Source of the DNA: Candidatus Babeliales bacterium
Lineage (GTDB): Bacteria > Babelota > Babeliae > Babelales > JACPOV01
Assembly (NCBI GenBank): GCA_050250855.1
Contig: JBFWNW010000002.1
Coordinates: 210,719-274,718 of the forward strand
Reading direction: 5' to 3'
DNA: 64,000 nt
Shown here: piece by piece, positions 58,017-64,000 of the stretch
Layout of the letters: each line of letters begins with the position of its first letter
Numbering within the stretch: position 1 is the stretch's first letter
Program-made: the position numbers and the translations under genes
The notes under the pieces: generated by a model
The model's database searches: none
Told to the model about the DNA's origin: nothing
What the model saw: the letters and a program-made list of their open reading frames with translations, nothing else

Positions 58017-58361
58017 ATGAACTATAAAGCACTAGTGCTCGTTAATTTTTTTATTTTTAATATTTGTGCAATGGAAGAGGAAGAGAGAAGCAGTTATCCT
58101 ACCAGTGATCCAGATACTGTTATTATCAGAAAAGAGACTAAAGAAAACATTACGTTTATTAAAAAATATGAAAATGAAAAATATCCTTTTGCCTCAGCTA
58201 GCACTATAACTTTTTATGACAAAAATACAAAAACTTACTCTGCTGTTTTAGCGAGAATGAGGGGTGGTTTTTGTCCATTAACTGATGAGGCTGATACCTT
58301 TTATGAGTTGCAAGAACTCTATGAAGCGTGCAAAAAAAAGGCTGAGACTACAAAGAATTAA
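58017..58361 (+). CDS. Small secreted protein, family member 3 of 3
   Basis: Signal + AMEE; YDKNTKTYSA...ADTFYELQELYE. Confidence 0.7.
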   Translation: MNYKALVLVNFFIFNICAMEEEERSSYPTSDPDTVIIRKETKENITFIKKYENEKYPFASASTITFYDKNTKTYSAVLARMRGGFCPLTDEADTFYELQELYEACKKKAETTKN

Positions 58362-58377
58362 CCTATAAAAGACCCTG

Positions 58378-58457
58378 TTGTAACTCTTTTCTTTCTATGG
58401 TATAATAATTACAAATAGCTAAAAAATAGCTATTTTTTGTTTAAAATAGCTAAAAAT
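58378..58457 (+). promoter_or_regulatory. Sigma70 promoter plus operator-like repeats
   Basis: TTGTAA-17-TATAAT with extended TG; three AAATAGCTA copies, including the perfect 18 bp palindrome aaaaaatagctatttttt at 58421-58438. Confidence 0.65.
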
Positions 58458-58468
58458 GGAGGACTTTT

Positions 58469-59479
58469 ATGAAAAAGCTATTATTTATACTTATTTCTCT
58501 TTTTTCTTATACACTCGTTGGATCAGAACAGGGAGATTTTCCATCTCCAAAGAAACTCAAGGGCGAGGAAAGCCCAGAAGTTTCTGAGGTTCAAGTAGTT
58601 CAAGAAAATCCGCTTGTTCTTGCTATCAAAAAAGAAATTTTTGCTTTAAATCCAGAGCAATTGGCGAAGGTTTTAGAAGAGCAAGGAATTGAACAAATCG
58701 ATAAAAAGACAAAAGATGATTTGTTAGAATTAGCTTCGTCTAACAATAAAAAATTCATTAACTTTGCACTACTTGCATCAAAATTTGGTCAACCATTTAC
58801 CAGCAAAGATCTTCAGGAAAAACTCAATTTTGGTATACAGATAAAAAGTACAAAAAGAATAGAAAATTACTTAAAGGCTTTTATTCTACTAGAAAGAGGT
58901 TTTAAATTTCCTCAGGCATTTTTTAACCCTGCACCGTATATTCCAAATGATCCTCGTCCTTCATTAGATGACATTCTGAAAGCTCTTATTAAAAATGAAC
59001 AAGAAAAAATTCAAGTTTGTTGCTTTCATTTTACTTTATATAACGTTGCAGATTGTTTGGTGCAACAAAAAAATAATGAGGGCGTGTGCGTTGAGGTTTT
59101 AACAAATCAAGATCAGGGTGAAAATCCGGTTTTGCAACCACTTGAACATTTAATCAGTAATGGTATTGTAGTAAAAGCACCGGTTAGAAATAACTGTGAA
59201 ACTAATCACCATAAATTTGTTATATTTACTGCCAATGTAGGCGGTAAAAGCTTAGTCTGGCATGGTTCTTATAATATGACGGGGCATTCTAATAAACGCT
59301 CATGGGAAGAGGTTACTATTTTGAATGACTCTTATATAATCAATCAGTTTATCGACAGATTTAATGAGATCTCAAATCTTGGTGGAACTATTACTTTAGA
59401 TATTCTTAATACTATTCAAACTAATCCAAGCCCTTGCAGCTATGATATTAATAACGTTCCTGCTGAATTAAGAAAATAG
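58469..59479 (+). CDS. Secreted protein with C-terminal PLD/Nuc-like domain
   Basis: GGAGG RBS; signal; HHKFVIF, GSYNMT, S.E. Confidence 0.8.
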   Translation: MKKLLFILISLFSYTLVGSEQGDFPSPKKLKGEESPEVSEVQVVQENPLVLAIKKEIFALNPEQLAKVLEEQGIEQIDKKTKDDLLELASSNNKKFINFALLASKFGQPFTSKDLQEKLNFGIQIKSTKRIENYLKAFILLERGFKFPQAFFNPAPYIPNDPRPSLDDILKALIKNEQEKIQVCCFHFTLYNVADCLVQQKNNEGVCVEVLTNQDQGENPVLQPLEHLISNGIVVKAPVRNNCETNHHKFVIFTANVGGKSLVWHGSYNMTGHSNKRSWEEVTILNDSYIINQFIDRFNEISNLGGTITLDILNTIQTNPSPCSYDINNVPAELRK

Positions 59480-59529
59480 TATAAAGAGAGGGCAAAGGAA
59501 TTTTATTTTTCTTTTGCCCTCTCTTTATA
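59480..59529. terminator. Long bidirectional terminator hairpin
   Basis: tataaagagagggcaaa...tttgccctctctttata between convergent genes. Confidence 0.75.
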
Positions 59530-59551
59530 TCCTTTGTAATTGCTGCTCTAA

Positions 59552-59980
59552 TTAATCTTCATATACCTTTGTTTGACGCATTTTTTTAGTAAAGCTTCTT
59601 CGTTTTTTTTCTTCTAACCGTTTTTTCTTTTGTTCTTCAGAAAGTTCAGACTTTTTACGTTTTTTGGGTACATGCAGTGCTTGTGCAACAAGGCGCCCAA
59701 GCTGTTCAAGAGCACTTTTTTTATTATGCTGCTGGCTGCGCGATGCACTGCTGTGAACGATAAGGTCTCCATCTGCACTAATATGGTTCTGTAATTTTTC
59801 AAGCACGTGTTGTTTTTGTTCTTCAGTTAATGCACGCGTTTCTTTTACCTGCCAGCGAACAGTAATTTTGGTACTTGTTTTATTAACGTGCTGGCCACCA
59901 GGCCCACCAGCTCTGCTTGCGGTAATAGTTAATTCATGCGCGGGAATTATTATGCCATTTTTGACAATGATATCATCCAT
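59552..59980 (-). CDS. arfB: Alternative ribosome rescue factor B
   Basis: GGPGGQHVNK, RSQ..N, basic C-terminal tail. Confidence 0.93.
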   Translation of the reverse strand: MDDIIVKNGIIIPAHELTITASRAGGPGGQHVNKTSTKITVRWQVKETRALTEEQKQHVLEKLQNHISADGDLIVHSSASRSQQHNKKSALEQLGRLVAQALHVPKKRKKSELSEEQKKKRLEEKKRRSFTKKMRQTKVYED

Positions 59981-60082
59981 AATGAATCCTAAATAAGTCT
60001 ATTTGTTTTAGTATAAAAAAGGGTATGTTTAAAAAGCGATAGTTTACTATAATATCGTTAAAATTTTAGAGCAAAAGGGATT

Positions 60083-60484
60083 ATGATGTTTATAAAATGG
60101 CGCACTTTTTCAATAGGAAGTTTGTTATTAATTTTTTCATTAAATGCTATGGATGATAATCAAAGATTATCAAATATTCAAAGTGCTATCGGCAAGATGG
60201 ATATCATTAACTTTTTTAAAAATTTAGAACAAGTAGAACTTTCATGGCTTAAAGAGAATGAGGAAACTCTTGAAGCTGCCATTCATAACAGTGAATTAAT
60301 ATATTTAATGATGGGCCAAAAAAGTTGGCCTAATTTGACTGAACAGCAAAAGAAACAGATTTTGCCTTTTACTACTATGAAAATGGGAATAGCTGCTCTT
60401 ATAGGGCAATTAGAGCAGCAAAAGGTTCAAAATGAATTTGATTTACTTGTTCAGCAAAAAATAGATGAGACTTTTAATAATTAA
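60083..60484 (+). CDS. Secreted hypothetical protein (signal + AMD)
   Basis: Signal peptide ending LNA-MDD. Confidence 0.65.
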   Translation: MMFIKWRTFSIGSLLLIFSLNAMDDNQRLSNIQSAIGKMDIINFFKNLEQVELSWLKENEETLEAAIHNSELIYLMMGQKSWPNLTEQQKKQILPFTTMKMGIAALIGQLEQQKVQNEFDLLVQQKIDETFNN

Positions 60485-60685
60485 TTTTTTCTAATCTCCA
60501 TAAGCTAATTTTCAAAGAATATTTCTTCAATGTGGCCTTATAGAGGGCCTTTTAGGCATTTGCTTTTTACCCATGCTACTGGCATACTTTTCATGAGAAA
60601 TAGATTGTTTTATTGGCTAAAAGAGTCTATTTTTTAGCATAAAAATTCTATTATAAAATATTTAATTTAAATAGGGGTTTTTCTT

Positions 60686-61576
60686 ATGATATTTACCAGA
60701 TGTATAAGGTTATTTATGTTTGCTGTGGTCGTGTTCGGCCAAGGCGTGATATTCGGTGCTGACCAACAGATTATACAATATATGCAAAAGCTTAAGCAAA
60801 TAGTTGCTCAAAAATATAATGTGCAAGATCCTGACCCTGTTATTAGAAAGATAGCAGAGGATGCCCTTGATAAGTGTGGCTTTGAGCATATTTTTTCTAA
60901 AGAGCTTAATAAGCAAAATTCTTCTGAGCTTAATTTTGACCTGAAAAAACAGGAAGTTGTTTTTGATAAGTGTGGTTTTGACCGGGTTTATTTGTCTGGT
61001 ACAAAATTGCAGGATGATCCTCTTCGTTTCGTTACCATTTTGCAAAGTAATACTCGTAGAGCAGCAGAGAGCTTTCTTTTTTTGCCAGCCACTCCTAAGC
61101 TGCAAAATTATTTTTTAATAATAGGTGTGGATGGAGCGCTTGATGAGATTGAGGGAACAATTTATCATGAATTAGGTCATCTGGCTTATGAGCATGGATA
61201 TTTGGATCTTAAGGAAGGTATGACGTTTGAGCAGCACATTGCTAAAGAAAAAGAAGCTGATGAATTTGGCTATAGAAAGCTTATAGAACATGAAAAAGTT
61301 TATATAGCGCTTGGCCGTATAGCTGATGGTATTGCTAGCCATGAATTTATTTTGAATTTAAATGAAAACGATAGATTAGAATATGAAGAGAAGAATTTTA
61401 AAGATCCTCACCCTACTGCTTTAGAAAGAGCAAGAATGGGCCTTGATATCTTGCAAGAAAAAGGTTTTAAGATTGCCGAGCTCATGAAGAACTTGCCGCC
61501 AGAGCTTGATGAGGGTTTGAAAAAGACTTTACCAGGAAAAATAAAAGAATATTTTCCTGAAAAATTTAATAATTAA
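60686..61576 (+). CDS. Secreted zinc metalloprotease, M48-like
   Basis: HELGH, EKEADEFG, HPTALER. Confidence 0.8.
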   Translation: MIFTRCIRLFMFAVVVFGQGVIFGADQQIIQYMQKLKQIVAQKYNVQDPDPVIRKIAEDALDKCGFEHIFSKELNKQNSSELNFDLKKQEVVFDKCGFDRVYLSGTKLQDDPLRFVTILQSNTRRAAESFLFLPATPKLQNYFLIIGVDGALDEIEGTIYHELGHLAYEHGYLDLKEGMTFEQHIAKEKEADEFGYRKLIEHEKVYIALGRIADGIASHEFILNLNENDRLEYEEKNFKDPHPTALERARMGLDILQEKGFKIAELMKNLPPELDEGLKKTLPGKIKEYFPEKFNN

Positions 61577-62115
61577 TCTTTTCCAATTCCTACTACGCCG
61601 CAGCCAACGCGTGCGCCCGCATTGCCGGTAGGTTGCGAGGTTAGATCATCTTCTTGTGCATGAATAATAGCGGCCCTGCCAATAATGGAATGTGGGCCGT
61701 TTAGCGTTGCAACAGTATCAATTTGTTCGTAATGTGCATGGCCATCTTTACCTGCTTTTAAATTGCCAAAATCACCAGCGTGGCGTTGTGCAGCATCAGG
61801 GCCGCCATGCAGTTGATCTGTTGGGTTAAAATGCCCGCCAGCGCATACCGCATCATCACAAGCGCAATCCCCATATTCATGAATATGAAAACCATGCAAG
61901 CCCTCTGAAAGGCCATAGATATCCGCCACAATTTTGAGCCCATCTTTTTCGTGCGTAAAATAAACAACGCCGCTGCACGTATTGCCTTTGGTGGGATGAA
62001 TAACGGCAGTAGCTTTATATGTTTTTTTGTAGAGTGGTGGTGAATAGTAATAGTATTGAGTGCCTAGAAAAAATGCAGCAAGTGCGCTTACTATTATAAC
62101 GATACTATGTTTCAT
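61573..62115 (-). CDS. sodC: Cu/Zn superoxide dismutase
   Basis: HGFHIHE, GGHFNP, RHAGDFGN, IIHAQEDD, GNAGARVGCGV. Confidence 0.95.
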   Translation of the reverse strand: MKHSIVIIVSALAAFFLGTQYYYYSPPLYKKTYKATAVIHPTKGNTCSGVVYFTHEKDGLKIVADIYGLSEGLHGFHIHEYGDCACDDAVCAGGHFNPTDQLHGGPDAAQRHAGDFGNLKAGKDGHAHYEQIDTVATLNGPHSIIGRAAIIHAQEDDLTSQPTGNAGARVGCGVVGIGKD

Positions 62116-62246
62116 AAAATCCTTTATTTAAAAGTTTACTAGTTTTACGCTAACTCCATTTTTTACAAATTTCAACCAAGGTCTCATTGAATTTTTTCTG
62201 TAGAAATATTATGGTGACTCCAGGTATTTTAAAGGAAGAAAAATAA

Positions 62247-63188
62247 ATGAAGTTAAGGTTTTTTTTGTGTATAATTGCAACAGTTTCTTGTGCATACCCC
62301 ATTTCTTTAGTGTACAACTTAAAAATTCGTAGAGCATTTCCAGGACTAGATGATCTATTGCGAAAACCTAATGGTAAAACTTGGGTGGTGACGGCTGTTC
62401 CTATTGTGTATAATGTTGATCGCAGTATTACCAGCCAAATTTTTAACATAGATGCTTTTCAGAATCATTTTTTATTTGGCTCACTTATTAATATTGCTTT
62501 TGTTCCTAAAAAAGGTTATTGGGTAGAAGTTACTAGTGCTATTGAACATGAACGTGCTAAATCTAAAGGAATGCCAACTTTTAATACATCAAAAACTGGT
62601 GTAGATGACATTGTCATAGCAGGTGGCAAAAATATATTTTTTGGCAATAAGAAAACGCAGCTTTCAATTTTTGGCTTGGTTGGTTTTCCTACTACATGGA
62701 AAGTTACAGCATTTGATGCACAAGATGCATTGGTTGGAACTCGTTTTTATGGTATTGCTGCAGGTGCAGAGCTTTCTCATGCATTGTTACAAAATCATAA
62801 GCAAGCACTTATATTCTTTTTACAAACACGTCTTTTACATTTTTTTGATAGAAAATGGGAGCCGATTTTGCCGGTTGGGGGTAGAATTCAACCAGGAAAT
62901 GTTTCTGACTATATTTTTGCTTTGCGCTATCGGCATATTCAAACTATGATGGAGGTCGGTTTTAACGAAACTATTTTTACTAATCAAGCGGTTAAGTTTT
63001 CTGGACAAACTGTAGCATCATCAGCATATTATCGCCATAGCTTTTTTGCACGTCTTAATTATTTGACTATGCGTTTACCTATGACCAATAAACCAGGTTC
63101 TTTTGGGGGTGGTTTTTTAGTCAGCAGAGCAAAACGCTTTAATACTAAAATTGTCTCAGGATGGATTAATGTTGCAACAGCATTTTAA
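62247..63188 (+). CDS. Secreted probable outer-membrane beta-barrel protein
   Basis: Signal; amphipathic strands; G.DD..I and GFPT motifs; terminal Phe. Confidence 0.55.
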   Translation: MKLRFFLCIIATVSCAYPISLVYNLKIRRAFPGLDDLLRKPNGKTWVVTAVPIVYNVDRSITSQIFNIDAFQNHFLFGSLINIAFVPKKGYWVEVTSAIEHERAKSKGMPTFNTSKTGVDDIVIAGGKNIFFGNKKTQLSIFGLVGFPTTWKVTAFDAQDALVGTRFYGIAAGAELSHALLQNHKQALIFFLQTRLLHFFDRKWEPILPVGGRIQPGNVSDYIFALRYRHIQTMMEVGFNETIFTNQAVKFSGQTVASSAYYRHSFFARLNYLTMRLPMTNKPGSFGGGFLVSRAKRFNTKIVSGWINVATAF

Positions 63189-63201
63189 AAAAAGGAACCA
63201 T

Positions 63202-64000
63202 ATGAAAAAAATGATAGTTTTATTATTATTAGTATCTCATCTTTATATACAAGCGTATCATCAGGCAGGAGGAACGAATTATACCGAGCAAGGTGTGCAT
63301 GCTTATGCAGTGTCGCGTCATGGTGTAGACGGCGCACTTTTTTTAGATCCATATTTTATGCCATTCTTGGAAAATGTTAAAGATCTTACCTTATTAGATG
63401 CAGGATGTGGCGTTGGCCCATGGTCCTTATATGCTGCACAGCATGGAGCACACGTTTATGGCATTGATATTCAAGATGGTATGATTCAACGAGCACGACA
63501 AGAAGCTCAGGAGCAAGGATTAGATTCGATTACTTTTGAGGTCGGCACCGTAGCACATTTACCGTATGCGGATAATTTTTTTGATCGAGCGGTGAGTATT
63601 AATGTTGGTTGTAATTTGCCACAAGATATTTTTGTAGCACATTTTAAAGAACTATACAGAGTTTTAAAACCTGGTGGCGCAGTAGTTATTACTGCACCGG
63701 CAAATTTTGCAACCGTGTTTTCAACCCTAGAGGCAGAGCGCGATGCACGAGAAAAGATAACTTCTTTACTTGCAAATATTCATGATGAAAAAAGTTTAGT
63801 AGAGCAGATTGGTGCATTAAGTTCTATTTTGCGTGCAACTATAATTAATCGTGATAACAATTTTTATCTTTTATCAGATGAAGATGCATTGCAAGAAGGG
63901 GATGCTATATGGCGCAAGATACCAGGATTGGTTGTTCCTAATTATTATCATACGCAAGAGAGTTATGTGTGCGCTGCTCAAGATGCTGGTTTTACCATTT
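63202..64000 (+). CDS. Partial class I SAM methyltransferase with signal peptide
   Basis: Manual translation: MKKMIVLLLLVSHLYIQA...LLDAGCGVG...YGIDI...LPYADNFFD...RVLKPGG; open to the window end. Confidence 0.85.
   Translation, partial: MKKMIVLLLLVSHLYIQAYHQAGGTNYTEQGVHAYAVSRHGVDGALFLDPYFMPFLENVKDLTLLDAGCGVGPWSLYAAQHGAHVYGIDIQDGMIQRARQEAQEQGLDSITFEVGTVAHLPYADNFFDRAVSINVGCNLPQDIFVAHFKELYRVLKPGGAVVITAPANFATVFSTLEAERDAREKITSLLANIHDEKSLVEQIGALSSILRATIINRDNNFYLLSDEDALQEGDAIWRKIPGLVVPNYYHTQESYVCAAQDAGFTI

Noticed and set aside
60866..60981. Short repeat tgataagtgtgg(c/t)tttga (DKCGF twice) in the M48-like gene
   Set aside because: A single ~18 bp internal duplication; no evidence of wider significance.
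1724..62949. Numerous 60-140 aa ORFs nested in or antisense to long genes
   Set aside because: Shadow ORFs of well-supported CDSs with no independent evidence.
37756..64000. Prophage or integrative element at the tRNAs
   Set aside because: No integrase, phage genes or distal tRNA 3' duplication seen; only 5 bp local duplications tied to the hairpin units.

Overview
AT-rich bacterial chromosomal segment. Gene content suggests an intracellular protist parasite, most likely Candidatus Dependentiae/Babelota (TM6); this is an inference from the many signal-peptide ORFans, ankyrin and mitochondrial-carrier genes and the reduced dcw cluster. The first ~36 kb is mostly housekeeping (tyrS, deoxynucleoside kinase, rlmB, ftsQ-like/ftsA/ftsZ, pgeF, secA, galE, hisS, cdsA, yraN, bamD, gspE, tamB-like, rluD, mgtE), interrupted by small tandem families of secreted proteins. 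After tRNA-Lys(TTT) and tRNA-Glu(TTC) comes a ~26 kb accessory region rich in enzymes with N-terminal signal peptides: ankyrin, GNATs, HD dNTPase-like, LOG, PLD, methyltransferase and an SLC25 mitochondrial carrier. The most unusual signal is non-coding. A family of GC-rich 23-50 bp palindromic units occurs at 8 or more intergenic loci. They show compensatory stem changes, insert into one another at precise positions up to three levels deep (empty and filled alleles are both visible), sit on both tRNA CCA ends, and flank as an inverted pair a lone small GIY-YIG nuclease gene inserted between yraN and cdsA. This is a candidate REP/RAYT-like system with a GIY-YIG enzyme in place of an HUH transposase. 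All calls were made by eye from motifs; no database searches were run, so novelty is unverified.
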